Below are positions 29,213 through 38,926 of a stretch of 64,000 nucleotides of DNA, piece by piece. The stretch's first letter is position 1; the number at the start of each line of letters is the position of its first letter. Source of the stretch: Hyphomicrobiales bacterium (GTDB lineage Bacteria; Pseudomonadota; Alphaproteobacteria; Rhizobiales; JACESI01); NCBI GenBank assembly GCA_039973685.1, contig JBDWKL010000050.1:1766-65765 (forward strand), given 5' to 3'. A model generated the notes under the pieces. It worked only from the letters and a program-made list of their open reading frames with translations. It was not told the DNA's origin and searched no databases. The position numbers and the translations under genes are program-made.

Positions 29213-30034
29213 TCAGCAATCTTCTTTTGACAAAAGCTCCAGCGTTTCCATTTTACCCCTCAAAACGAAATCGCCGTAGTCAAAGGTAAAATCACGCGTC
29301 ACGCCGTTTTCATAAAGCAAGAACGAGTTTTGCCATTCCGGTTCACCATCGCCCTTCTTTTCATGTTTGAAATAAGAAATTGTAACGGGCCAGCGGCGCA
29401 ATTTCATATCTTCCAGCATTTGGTAAACCAGCCCGTCGCCTTCTTCGGCAGGCTTTTCTGGCAAGATGATAGAACTTGCTAGAAGCGATGTTTTCGCGCC
29501 TTCAATCCCCTCATAAACCACATTGTTCACGAGCTTCTTGCCAGCCTTTGCATCTTCAACCAGCTTGATAAAATGCTGCACCGGAAACAAAGCTTCATTC
29601 TCAACGGTAACAGTTGCAGCCTCTGGCTTGGAAAGGCGCACATTAATAGTCTCATCGCCGCGGCTTGCAACACCCTTCACGGCTTCTCGCAATTGATTGT
29701 TTTGATAAACAGAGTTCGCAAAATCAAAAGCGGTTGCATCACCGCTTTCAAAATATTTGCCGCGCGTATCCAACGTGATTTCCGCGCCATCTTGTGTTTG
29801 TAGCTTAGAGACAAAGCGGTAACTGACATTATAACCCGTGCAGCTTGCGCCTTTTACCTCCAGCACCCATTTACCAATGCCGCCAGCAATTTGTGATTCG
29901 GGTCTCGAGCTTCCAAACGTGATTTCATAAACCGCGCGGTGTGGCGCCATTTCCATCGCAACCGCCTGCCCGCCCATCATCAATGCCGCAAAAGTGCATC
30001 CAACTGCTTTGTAATAAGACATTTTAAAATTCAT
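29213..30034 (-). CDS. DUF1849 family periplasmic protein (EipB-like)
   Basis: Signal peptide, HRAVYEITF start of the domain, and Cys near residue 65 plus a C-terminal Cys. This matches the EipB/DUF1849 pattern known from Brucella. Confidence 0.78.
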   Translation of the reverse strand: MNFKMSYYKAVGCTFAALMMGGQAVAMEMAPHRAVYEITFGSSRPESQIAGGIGKWVLEVKGASCTGYNVSYRFVSKLQTQDGAEITLDTRGKYFESGDATAFDFANSVYQNNQLREAVKGVASRGDETINVRLSKPEAATVTVENEALFPVQHFIKLVEDAKAGKKLVNNVVYEGIEGAKTSLLASSIILPEKPAEEGDGLVYQMLEDMKLRRWPVTISYFKHEKKGDGEPEWQNSFLLYENGVTRDFTFDYGDFVLRGKMETLELLSKEDC

Positions 30035-30170
30035 TTGCGAGGCTCTCCGTTTGCTTCGTTTAAAGGTAGTCTATGCGCGGTATAAAATCCAAGGGACTCT
30101 CATAAAAATCGTGCATCATGAACAAGGTAGTTTTATGGTGCGGGAAATTAATCAGTCTTACGAGGTAGAT

Positions 30171-30650
30171 ATGACGAGCGACTATATGAAAGAAGTTGAA
30201 AACCGGCTTGCAGAGCGCGGCATGAGCATTCCAGAAGCAATGGCGCCAGCAGCAAACTACGTGCCGTTTAAAATTGCAGGCAATGCGCTTTATATTTCAG
30301 GCCAATTGCCAGCAGCAGACGGCAATATGGTCAAAGGCATTTGCGGTGATAGCATCTCTACCGAAGATGCCGCCAAAGGGGCTGAACTTTGTGCGCTCAA
30401 CATCCTAGCTCAAGCAAAAGCTGCCGTTGGTGATTTAGACAAGCTCGAAGGCCTAACCAAGCTTGTTGGCTTTGTTGCCTCAACAGCTGAATATGGCGAG
30501 CAACCCGCTGTCGTAAACGGTGCGTCCAACTTTATGGTCGAAATCCTTGGTGACCGTGGCCGTCACGCCCGTTCTGCTGTCGGCATGGCATCGCTACCAT
30601 TCGGCGTTACTGTTGAGGTTGAAGCGATCTTTGAGCTTAAGGCCAACTAA
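30171..30650 (+). CDS. RidA/YjgF-family protein
   Basis: LYISGQLP and RSAVGMASLPFGVTVEVEAIF. Start set at MTSDYMKE, which follows GAGGT; the ORF track starts at 30051. Confidence 0.85.
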   Translation: MTSDYMKEVENRLAERGMSIPEAMAPAANYVPFKIAGNALYISGQLPAADGNMVKGICGDSISTEDAAKGAELCALNILAQAKAAVGDLDKLEGLTKLVGFVASTAEYGEQPAVVNGASNFMVEILGDRGRHARSAVGMASLPFGVTVEVEAIFELKAN

Positions 30651-30747
30651 ATCGCCCAACTCTCAACCAAAAATAATAAAGATCGCATCTTTCCATTTGC
30701 TAGTTTCTACCTATCTTATGAGAGATGCGATTTCTCTTTTCCCCTAG

Positions 30748-31962
30748 TTGTTCAAACACATGACTGAAGATGCCCATCTTGTCAGCATTGTCCAATCTTT
30801 GTCAGATATAGACAAAGACCAATGGGACGCATGTGCCAACCCTAATGGCCAACCGTATAACCCGTTTGTGGCGTATGACTTCCTGCATGCTTTAGAACAA
30901 TCAGGCTCTGCGGTTGCAGATACTGGCTGGCTTGGTCAGCACATGATTTTAAAAGATGCGGACGGTCAAGCGACCGGCGTTATGCCGTGCTATTTGAAAA
31001 ACCATAGTCAGGGGGAATATATCTTTGACCATGGCTGGGCGGACGCGTTTGAACGCGCTGGTGGGCGCTATTATCCCAAGCTGCAAGTGTCTGTACCCTT
31101 CACTCCCGTTTCTGGCCCGCGCCTGCTTACACGCCCTGGACCTGACGCAAAAGAAATCCGCGCGGTCTTAGCTTCCGCCGCCGCAGAACGCGCCCGATCG
31201 CTTGGCGCTTCCTCAATCCACGCCACCTTTATCGAGGAAAGCGAATGGGACGAGTTTGGCGAGTTCGGGTATTTGCAACGCACAGACCAGCAGTTTCATT
31301 TTGTCGATGAGGGTTACGAAAATTTCGATGGCTTCCTTGCCGCTCTCTCTTCCAGAAAACGCAAACAGCTGAAAAAAGAACGCCGCGAAGCGCTGTCTAA
31401 TCACATCACGATTGAATGGGTGACGGGCGCTGATATTACCGAAGATCATATCGACCAGTTCTTCGAGTTCTATCTGGATACAGGCGCCCGCAAATGGGGC
31501 ACGCCATACCTTACCCGCGAATTCTTCTCTCTTCTGATTGAACGCATGGCAGACAAAGTGCTCTTCATCTTTGCCCGCCGCCATGACGATATTATCGCAG
31601 GCGCATTGAACATGATTGGCAGCGATACACTCTATGGCCGTTATTGGGGCTGCGTTGAAGACCATCCTTATCTGCATTTTGAAGTCTGCTATTATCAAGC
31701 AATCGATTACGCCCTCGCCCATGGCCTGAAGCGCGTAGAAGCAGGCGCACAGGGCGGGCACAAATTGGTGCGCGGATATATACCGGTCAAAACCTATTCA
31801 GCTCACTGGATTGCAAACCCAAGTTTTCGCGATGCAATTGCCCACTACTTGGAACAAGAACGCAAACAAGTAGACTTTGAAAACGAAATGCTTGCAGAAC
31901 GCACACCATTCAAGAAAGATGGCGGCGAAGAACGCCAAAAGGGAATCAGCAATGACACTTGA
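30748..31962 (+). CDS. DUF482 / FemAB-like GNAT-fold N-acetyltransferase
   Basis: 404 aa. WDACANPN...NPFVAYDFLHALEQSGS, YGRYWG and the C-terminal GAQGGHKLVRGY are typical of DUF482. Confidence 0.8.
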   Translation: MFKHMTEDAHLVSIVQSLSDIDKDQWDACANPNGQPYNPFVAYDFLHALEQSGSAVADTGWLGQHMILKDADGQATGVMPCYLKNHSQGEYIFDHGWADAFERAGGRYYPKLQVSVPFTPVSGPRLLTRPGPDAKEIRAVLASAAAERARSLGASSIHATFIEESEWDEFGEFGYLQRTDQQFHFVDEGYENFDGFLAALSSRKRKQLKKERREALSNHITIEWVTGADITEDHIDQFFEFYLDTGARKWGTPYLTREFFSLLIERMADKVLFIFARRHDDIIAGALNMIGSDTLYGRYWGCVEDHPYLHFEVCYYQAIDYALAHGLKRVEAGAQGGHKLVRGYIPVKTYSAHWIANPSFRDAIAHYLEQERKQVDFENEMLAERTPFKKDGGEERQKGISNDT

Positions 31963-32380
31963 GACATACGATTCAGACAATATTTTCGCCAAAATCATCG
32001 CTGGCGATATTCCCTGTCACAAAGTCTATGAAGATGCTGGAACACTGGTCTTCATGGATATTTTGCCAGCAAGTGAAGGCCATTGTCTGGTGATACCCAA
32101 AGCCCCATCGCGCAATTTGCTTGATGCAGCAGATGCGGAATTGGCTGCTTGTATTGCCACTGCTGCCAAAGTTTCCCGTGCCATCATGAAGGCGCTTGAT
32201 GCTGATGGCGTAACCCTTCGCCAAAACAATGAAGCAGCAGGTGGCCAAGAAGTCTTCCACACGCATTTTCACCTTATGCCGCGTTATGAAGGTCAAGGTT
32301 TGCGAGTTCATAATGGCAGTGAGGCTGATCACCCTGCCCTTGCAGCAACTGCCGCGAAGATTGCCGCAGCGATCGAGTAA
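31952..32380 (+). CDS. HIT-family nucleotide hydrolase/transferase
   Basis: IFAKIIAGDIPCHKVYED and the histidine-triad motif VFHTHFHLMP. Overlaps the upstream gene by 11 nt. Confidence 0.9.
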   Translation: MTLETYDSDNIFAKIIAGDIPCHKVYEDAGTLVFMDILPASEGHCLVIPKAPSRNLLDAADAELAACIATAAKVSRAIMKALDADGVTLRQNNEAAGGQEVFHTHFHLMPRYEGQGLRVHNGSEADHPALAATAAKIAAAIE

Positions 32381-32737
32381 TTATTCAGCCACAATCAAGG
32401 TGGCCGAAATTAAGGCCGCCTCGCCAGCCAAGACGCCAAAGAAAATGCGCGGCCTTGTGGCGAAGTAAACGGCATAGCCAAATAACAGCGACCCAATCCG
32501 TGCCCACAATGGCACGATGGCCAAATCACCTGTTGGAAATATCACCAATTTAGCAATCAGCCCCGCAACAAGGGCCGTTGCCACTGCCCGCACCCATTTC
32601 AACACTTCGCCATTTTCATCCATAGAGCGGGATAAAATGACACCGAGCGAACGCCAAATTTGGGTCGGTATCGCACCTGCCAGCAAAATGAACAGATAAG
32701 GCGACCAATCGCTGAAGGGTAAGTTCAACAAATTCAT
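32381..32737 (-). CDS. AzlD-family branched-chain amino acid export accessory protein
   Basis: 118-aa hydrophobic protein overlapping azlC by 4 nt. Confidence 0.78.
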   Translation of the reverse strand: MNLLNLPFSDWSPYLFILLAGAIPTQIWRSLGVILSRSMDENGEVLKWVRAVATALVAGLIAKLVIFPTGDLAIVPLWARIGSLLFGYAVYFATRPRIFFGVLAGEAALISATLIVAE

Positions 32738-33510
32738 GATGCCGCCTTACGTCGTTCAACAAGACGGCCAATGCCGTAGCTCAACGTTCCACCAATCAGC
32801 CCACACCACAACAAATCTGTATCCGGTGTGATCAGATGAAATATCGGCCCTAAGACCAAGCCAAAGCCAATTGCCCAATATTCGGGCGCAATACGGGCTG
32901 CTTGTGTCATCGACAATAAAAAATATATCGGCGTTAGAAAGATCAATGCCGCCGCGATTGGCGCGGGTAGATTTGGCACTAGACTGTGGGCCATGCCCAA
33001 GACGATTGTCACAGTCGTTGCAAGAGTGAGCGCAAAACCTAAGAAAAACGGAACCCGATTTGGCCGTGGAATTTCTGGTAGTTTGTTCATGGCAAACACC
33101 CATGAAGTAACAGCCATGAAATAGGCGGCGAGAAACAGAGAAGAAAGTTTAGTTTTGTCAGATTTCAAAACCGGCACCAATGCCATCGTCATCGGGAGTA
33201 GTCTGACAGAAGCCAGCGTGACGGCAATGACAGTCGCATAAAACGGCACATCATTGATAATGGCGCCAGCCACCACCACAGCACTTGGCAAAGCCCATGT
33301 GGAAAGCCCCAAGAACATTGCCTGCCATACGGTCAGACCTGCTTCTACAGTCAGCGCTGCAAAGCCGATAAATGACATGATCAAGATAAAAGCTGGCAGC
33401 GAAGCAACATGCTTCGCACCTTTAAAAAACCAATAGCGTGGCGGTTTTACGAGATCGTTTTCAATGCCAAGATCAGACATGTCAAAAACCTTGGTTACGA
33501 GAAACCCCAA
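32734..33510 (-). CDS. AzlC-family branched-chain amino acid exporter permease
   Basis: Polytopic protein of about 250 aa paired with azlD. The start may be MSDLG at 33480. Confidence 0.82.
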   Translation of the reverse strand: MGFLVTKVFDMSDLGIENDLVKPPRYWFFKGAKHVASLPAFILIMSFIGFAALTVEAGLTVWQAMFLGLSTWALPSAVVVAGAIINDVPFYATVIAVTLASVRLLPMTMALVPVLKSDKTKLSSLFLAAYFMAVTSWVFAMNKLPEIPRPNRVPFFLGFALTLATTVTIVLGMAHSLVPNLPAPIAAALIFLTPIYFLLSMTQAARIAPEYWAIGFGLVLGPIFHLITPDTDLLWCGLIGGTLSYGIGRLVERRKAAS

Positions 33511-33583
33511 TGCTCAGCTAAAATGCCCCACGCACCAAAAGCACAACGCATTGTCGCGTTTGCCTTCGGTCGCATGAACCATA

Positions 33584-36028
33584 TTAGTCCGTTTTCAGCG
33601 GAACTTTTGGAACCGAGCTTCCACCATCACCCTTTTTGCCTTTTGGCGAAGTCGTTTTTTTCGCAGCCGTTGTGCGCTTTTTCGCAGCCGCTGCACGCGG
33701 TTTCTTAGGCTTCACAGCTTCTTTCTTCGGCGCAACTTTCACGTCCTCGACAGACTCCAACAAGAGGCCAGAACCGCCCTCTTCCAGATGCTCCACGGAC
33801 ACTTTCACAATGCCACCACTCTTAAGTTTGCCGAAGAGAACTTCGTCTGCGAGCGGTTTCTTGATGTGCTCTTGAATGACACGGGCAAGCGGCCTTGCGC
33901 CCATCTGCTCGTCGTAGCCTTTCTTAGCAAGCCAAGCGACAGCGTCGTCGGAAAGCTCAAAGGTAACGCCGCGCTCAGATAATTGCGCCTCGAGCTGGAT
34001 AACGAACTTGCGCACAACCTCAAACACCACTTCTTGCGGTAGCGAACCAAACGAAATGGTCGCATCAAGGCGGTTTCTGAACTCTGGTGAGAACAGTTTG
34101 TTGATCGCTTCTTCGTCGTCGCCAACACGTTTTTGGCTACCAAAACCAATCGCTGCTTTTTGCATATCAGCAGCACCAGCATTAGTCGTCATGATCAAAA
34201 TCACATTACGGAAATCAACAGCCTTACCGTTGTGATCAGTAAGTTTGCCGTTATCCATCACCTGCAACAAAACGTTGAAGAGGTCTGGGTGGGCTTTTTC
34301 AACTTCATCAAGCAGCAACACACAATGCGGATGCTGATCAACACCGTCAGTTAGCAGTCCACCTTGGTCAAAACCAACATATCCTGGAGGCGCACCAATC
34401 AAACGAGAGATCGTGTGGCGCTCCATATATTCAGACATGTCAAAGCGTAGAAGCTCAACACCAAGAACGCTTGCCAATTGCTTCGCGACTTCCGTCTTAC
34501 CAACACCTGTCGGGCCAGAGAACAAATAGTTGCCGATTGGCTTATTCGGTTCACGCAACCCTGCACGAGACAACTTAATCGCAGCAGTTAGCGCTGTGAT
34601 CGCATCATTTTGGCCATAGACAACCCGCTTCAAGTTGCTTTCAAGGTTAGAAAGAACTTCAGCATCGTCTTTTGATACAGTTTTCGGCGGGATGCGAGCC
34701 ATTGTTGCAATGGTTGCCTCAATGTCTTTCACACCAATGGTTTTCTTGCGCTTAGATTTTGGCAGCAAATGCTGGCTCGCGCCTGTCTCGTCAATCACGT
34801 CGATGGCTTTATCCGGCAATTTGCGGTCGCCGATATATTTTGCAGACAACTCAACCGCAGATTTAATCGCGTCATTTGAGTATTTCACATCGTGATATTC
34901 TTCATAGTAAGGGCGAAGACCCTTCAAAATATCAATTGCATCTGGAACAGTTGGTTCATTCACATCAATCTTCTGGAAACGACGCACAAGCGCACGATCT
35001 TTCTCAAAGAACTGACGATACTCTTTGTAAGTGGTTGAACCAACACAACGAATTGCACCAGAAGAAAGCGCAGGTTTCAGGAGGTTTGATGCATCCATCG
35101 CGCCACCAGATGTTGCACCAGCGCCGATGACAGTATGAATTTCATCAATGAACATAACCGCACCGTCATATTCTTCGATCTCTTTCAAAACCTGCTTCAA
35201 GCGTTCTTCAAAATCACCGCGATAACGTGTACCCGCGAGAAGCGTGCCCATATCGAGGGAGAAGATTGTGCTGTCTTTCAATACTTCTGGCACATCGCCA
35301 TCAACAATGCGCTTGGCAAGACCTTCAGCAATGGCAGTTTTACCAACACCTGGATCCCCCACATAAAGCGGATTGTTTTTAGAACGGCGGCATAGAATTT
35401 GGATCGTGCGCGAAATCTCGGTGTCACGGCCAATCAATGGGTCAATTTTTCCATCAACTGCTTTTTGGTTAAGGTTCACACAATAAGCGTCCAGCGCATC
35501 AGCTTTTTTGCCGTCGCCCTCACCGGCTGAATCGTTAGCCATATCTTCATCTTCAACACCAGTTGGTGATTTAGATTCTGACATGCCTGCACGTTTTGCA
35601 ATGCCGTGGCTGATATAATTCACCGCATCATAGCGCGTCATATTCTGTTCTTGCAGGAAGTAAGCTGCATGGCTTTCACGCTCAGCAAAAATCGCAACCA
35701 ACACATTCGCGCCCGTTACTTCATCACGGCCAGAAGATTGCACATGAATCACAGCACGTTGAATAACACGCTGGAAACCAGCAGTCGGCTTTGGCTCATC
35801 GTCAAAACTGTTAACGAGGTTTGATAATTCCGTATCCACGTATTCGATCAGGTCTTCACGCAGCTTATCGAGATTTACGTTGGAGGCCTGCATCACAGCA
35901 GAAGCGTCTTTGTCATCTATCAACGCGAGCAGCAAATGCTCAAGCGTCGCATATTCCTGACTGCGATCGCTCGCCAGCTTCAGGGCTTCGTGGAGGGCTT
36001 TTTCGAGACTGCGTGAAAATGAAGGCAC
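33584..36028 (-). CDS. clpA: ATP-dependent Clp protease ATP-binding subunit ClpA
   Basis: Clp N-domain, two Walker A motifs ([16 protein letters not shown]), and [13 protein letters not shown] start. Lys-rich C-terminal tail. Confidence 0.97.
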   Translation of the reverse strand: MPSFSRSLEKALHEALKLASDRSQEYATLEHLLLALIDDKDASAVMQASNVNLDKLREDLIEYVDTELSNLVNSFDDEPKPTAGFQRVIQRAVIHVQSSGRDEVTGANVLVAIFAERESHAAYFLQEQNMTRYDAVNYISHGIAKRAGMSESKSPTGVEDEDMANDSAGEGDGKKADALDAYCVNLNQKAVDGKIDPLIGRDTEISRTIQILCRRSKNNPLYVGDPGVGKTAIAEGLAKRIVDGDVPEVLKDSTIFSLDMGTLLAGTRYRGDFEERLKQVLKEIEEYDGAVMFIDEIHTVIGAGATSGGAMDASNLLKPALSSGAIRCVGSTTYKEYRQFFEKDRALVRRFQKIDVNEPTVPDAIDILKGLRPYYEEYHDVKYSNDAIKSAVELSAKYIGDRKLPDKAIDVIDETGASQHLLPKSKRKKTIGVKDIEATIATMARIPPKTVSKDDAEVLSNLESNLKRVVYGQNDAITALTAAIKLSRAGLREPNKPIGNYLFSGPTGVGKTEVAKQLASVLGVELLRFDMSEYMERHTISRLIGAPPGYVGFDQGGLLTDGVDQHPHCVLLLDEVEKAHPDLFNVLLQVMDNGKLTDHNGKAVDFRNVILIMTTNAGAADMQKAAIGFGSQKRVGDDEEAINKLFSPEFRNRLDATISFGSLPQEVVFEVVRKFVIQLEAQLSERGVTFELSDDAVAWLAKKGYDEQMGARPLARVIQEHIKKPLADEVLFGKLKSGGIVKVSVEHLEEGGSGLLLESVEDVKVAPKKEAVKPKKPRAAAAKKRTTAAKKTTSPKGKKGDGGSSVPKVPLKTD

Positions 36029-36051
36029 TCGTTATATCTCTTTCTTTGTTC

Positions 36052-36090
36052 TACCGCTTTGGTATTTGGATTTTACCGTTTGGTATTCGG
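36052..36090 (-). repeat. Direct repeat in the clpS-clpA intergenic region
   Basis: The plus strand reads TACCGCTTTGGTATTTGG (36052-36069) and TACCG-TTTGGTATTCGG (36074-36090), a spacing of ~22 bp. The pair lies 24-62 nt upstream of the clpA GTG. Confidence 0.6.
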
Positions 36091-36150
36091 CAATTTAAAG
36101 CCAGTCCTGTCTTAGATAGGTGCTCGTCAGCAATTTTCTCAGTTATTTTC

Positions 36151-36498
36151 TCAATTCTTTTCCATGACACATTGAAGAGGATGCTGATGTTTGCGCGCAA
36201 AGTCCATAACTTGCGTCACTTTTGTTTCAGCAACTTCATAGGTAAACACGCCACATTCACCTACTCCGGCATTATGAACATGCAACATAACCTGTGTGGC
36301 TTGTTCTTCATTCTTCTGGAAAAAACGTTCAAGCACGTGGATGACAAATTCCATCGGCGTGTAATCGTCATTAAGTAAAAGAACACGATAAAGACTAGGT
36401 TTTTTGACCTTCGTGCGCGTGCGCGTGATGACACCAGCGTCGGTGCCCTCATCATTATCGTCGTTATTGTCGTCGTCGTTAGACAGATAAATTTTCAT
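36151..36498 (-). CDS. clpS: ATP-dependent Clp protease adapter ClpS
   Basis: The core [27 protein letters not shown] is canonical. Start set at [10 protein letters not shown]; the ORF track extends to 36609. Confidence 0.92.
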   Translation of the reverse strand: MKIYLSNDDDNNDDNDEGTDAGVITRTRTKVKKPSLYRVLLLNDDYTPMEFVIHVLERFFQKNEEQATQVMLHVHNAGVGECGVFTYEVAETKVTQVMDFARKHQHPLQCVMEKN

Positions 36499-36670
36499 GC
36501 CTTCAACATGACCCTTCTTGTCGGCTGGTTCAAGATGATACCACGATAAAATGTGGACTTTCGAACAGTTGGTTAAACACCTATGTATGAAATAAATAAA
36601 TCCAAACAATCGCTTTTGTAAATTGTCACAAAGATGGAAACCCTATGAGCCTTACGATAGTTTTAAACAC

Positions 36671-36701
36671 AAAAAAAGCCGCGCAATAAGCACGGCTTTT
36701 T
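36671..36701 (-). terminator. Rho-independent terminator downstream of the phasin gene
   Basis: The minus strand reads AAAAAGCCGTGCTTATTGCGCGGCTTTTTTT. The hairpin is flanked by an A run and a T run, so it could act in both directions. Confidence 0.7.
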
Positions 36702-36739
36702 AAATCTTCAAACGTTGAAGAAGAGCGTTGATGCGTCGC

Positions 36740-37072
36740 TTATTTAGCGGCTTTCGTCATTGCTTCTTCAACAGGCTTGTAAAGCTCTTTAGCAAGGGCA
36801 GCGTACTGGTCGCCAACTTTAGTTGCTTGCGCAACAAAACCTTCAAAAGACGCTTTTGCATATTCGCTTTGAATTTCAAGAGCTTTGTCAAAAGTTTTAA
36901 CGCTCATCAATTTTTCAGCCGTTGCAGAACCTTCTTCAAAAGCTTTCTTTGAGAAATCAGCTGATTCAGTTGCGATTTCTTGGAAAACTTTAGAAACAAC
37001 ACCAGCATTCGCCATTGCTGATTCGAGGTTGTCTTGGCTCATTTTTTGAAAATCATCTACATAGTTTGTCAT
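36740..37072 (-). CDS. Phasin (PHA granule-associated protein)
   Basis: 110-aa Ala/Glu/Lys-rich helical protein. QDNLESAMANAGVVSKVFQEIATE...ALEIQSEYAKASFEGFVAQATK resembles alphaproteobacterial phasins. Confidence 0.85.
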   Translation of the reverse strand: MTNYVDDFQKMSQDNLESAMANAGVVSKVFQEIATESADFSKKAFEEGSATAEKLMSVKTFDKALEIQSEYAKASFEGFVAQATKVGDQYAALAKELYKPVEEAMTKAAK

Positions 37073-37148
37073 GGTCGCATCCTTTTGGATTGAATGAGTG
37101 TTGGGTCATGAGCACTTATTGAGCAGTGCTTCTTAATCTGTTGACATA

Positions 37149-37177
37149 CATATATTGCATCGCAACATAAATTGCAA
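37149..37177 (-). promoter_or_regulatory. Putative sigma-70 promoter of the phasin gene
   Basis: The minus strand reads TTGCAA (37177-37172), a 17-nt spacer, then TATATG (37154-37149). This lies ~75 nt upstream of the ATG at 37072. Confidence 0.5.
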
Positions 37178-37196
37178 GAATTTTTTGCATCGCACC
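37155..37196. promoter_or_regulatory. Repeated TTGCATCGCA(A/C)C boxes, candidate operator sites
   Basis: TTGCATCGCAAC at 37155-37166 fills the -35/-10 spacer. TTGCATCGCACC at 37185-37196 lies exactly 30 bp away. Each box contains the palindrome TGC-ATC-GCA. Confidence 0.5.
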
Positions 37197-37463
37197 ATAT
37201 TTAAAAAAATTTAAGGCAGCAGACTCTCTAATTTTGTGGGTCTACCCCTTCCCTAAAACCAAGCTAACGCTCGTTTTAGTCAACAAAATATTTCCAAGCC
37301 GAACAAAATGTTATCTCAAATGCAACACAAAAGACCAAGTTCCTATCAACGTAAACAAGAGCTTTACGGATTCGTAACCCCTATAGGGCATTGTGCCTCC
37401 AGTAAGCGGACGGGATTGATGCGGTACATCGGCCTCGCCCTCCAGTTTTTGTATTGAGTAGCG

Positions 37464-38852
37464 TTGGAGTTGGCCGTGTTTTTCGGTTTGAAGAATTCGA
37501 AGTCCCGAAACATTAAATCCTTGTTTTCGGCAGTTGTTTTATCTGCTGCAATGGTTGTTGCGCCTCAAATGGCCAAAGCCAACGCGAAATATGCAGCTTT
37601 TGTGTATGATGCGAATAAAGGCAAAGTCCTTTTTTCTCGTAACGCAGATAGATATCGTTATCCCGCCTCTTTGACAAAGATCATGACGCTTTATCTCGTC
37701 TATGATGCCATTGATGCTGGTAAGATCACCCTCAACTCCAAACTTAAAGTGTCACGGCGCGCTGCTTCTATGCCGCCGTCAAAGCTTTACTTGAAAGTTG
37801 GCGGTCATATCCGTGTTAAAGATGCAATTTTGGCGTTGGTAACAAAGTCGGCCAATGATGTGGCAAGTACGATTGCTGAAAACCTTGGCGGGACAGAATC
37901 CAACTTTGCAGCGATGATGACCCGCAAAGCACGCTCTATTGGCATGTCTAAGACAACTTTTGCCAATGCGTCTGGTTTGCCAAACACAAGACAGCGCACC
38001 ACTGCGCGCGATATGGCTCGTTTGGGTCTTTCTATTCGCAAAAAACATCCAAGATCATTTAGATACTTTGCAACACGCAGCTTTAAGTACGGCAAGCGCA
38101 CTTATCGCAACCATAACCGTCTGTTAGGTCGTGTTCGTGGCGTGAATGGCATTAAAACTGGCTACATCCGTGCCTCAGGCTTCAATCTAGTGACAAACGT
38201 TGAAACACGTGGTCGTCATATGGTTGCCGTTGTTATGGGTGGCCGCTCAGGTAGTGCAAGAAACGCGCATATGACTACTTTGATCAATCGCCACATTAGC
38301 AAAGCATCGCGCAGAAACTATAAAAAGAAGCGGACACCGCTTTTGGTTGCAGCAAGAAAAGCGCCAAGCCCAGTATTAGCAAAAGCGCCATTGCCTGAAG
38401 TTAAACCAAGAGCTGCCGTTATTGCGTCAGCCGCCCCTGCGCCAACACCTAAAACTGGCTCAACGCCGGAACCAAAATCTAATCCGGTCATCGTTGCTGC
38501 TAACTTGGTCACTGACAATAAAATCGAGCAAGGTTCACAAGGCAATGCTGCAAACAAGCCCGCAACGGCTGGAAACGTAGCCCCTGCCCCTCAAGCAATT
38601 GTTAAGCGTGAAGGATGGAAAATTCAGCTTTCAGCTTCACCAAACCTTCAAGATGCGCAAGATATGTTGCTTGAAGCCTCCAAGCGTGGTGCTACCGTTC
38701 TGACAGCAAAAACGCCTTATACCGAGCCTGTTCAAAAAGGAACAGAAACTCTTTACCGCGTTCGCTTTGCAGGCTTTACGGACAAGCACGCTGCCAGACG
38801 TGCCTGTAACTATCTGAAAAAGAAGCGTTATAACTGCATTTATCTCAATTAG
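37464..38852 (+). CDS. Serine-type D-Ala-D-Ala carboxypeptidase (S11) fused to a C-terminal SPOR domain
   Basis: SxxK (ASLTK), SxN (KSANDV) and KTG (IKTGYI) motifs, then a Pro/Ala-rich linker. The C-terminal EGWKIQLSASPNLQDAQ...YRVRFAGF matches the SPOR pattern. TTG start. Confidence 0.88.
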   Translation: MELAVFFGLKNSKSRNIKSLFSAVVLSAAMVVAPQMAKANAKYAAFVYDANKGKVLFSRNADRYRYPASLTKIMTLYLVYDAIDAGKITLNSKLKVSRRAASMPPSKLYLKVGGHIRVKDAILALVTKSANDVASTIAENLGGTESNFAAMMTRKARSIGMSKTTFANASGLPNTRQRTTARDMARLGLSIRKKHPRSFRYFATRSFKYGKRTYRNHNRLLGRVRGVNGIKTGYIRASGFNLVTNVETRGRHMVAVVMGGRSGSARNAHMTTLINRHISKASRRNYKKKRTPLLVAARKAPSPVLAKAPLPEVKPRAAVIASAAPAPTPKTGSTPEPKSNPVIVAANLVTDNKIEQGSQGNAANKPATAGNVAPAPQAIVKREGWKIQLSASPNLQDAQDMLLEASKRGATVLTAKTPYTEPVQKGTETLYRVRFAGFTDKHAARRACNYLKKKRYNCIYLN

Positions 38853-38926
38853 AAAAAGTGAGCGCTTAAAGCCCACTTAATCGGCAAGACCTAAGTTTGT
38901 GTCTTCACCTGAAGTGTAACTGAGTA

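Noticed and set aside
31213-31761. 182-aa minus-strand ORF inside the DUF482 gene.
   Set aside because: It is an antisense shadow. The plus-strand frame has the conserved family motifs and operon context.
35821-36378. 185-aa plus-strand ORF spanning the clpA start, the intergenic spacer and clpS.
   Set aside because: It is antisense to two canonical genes and crosses their spacer. It has low-complexity composition and no supporting signals.
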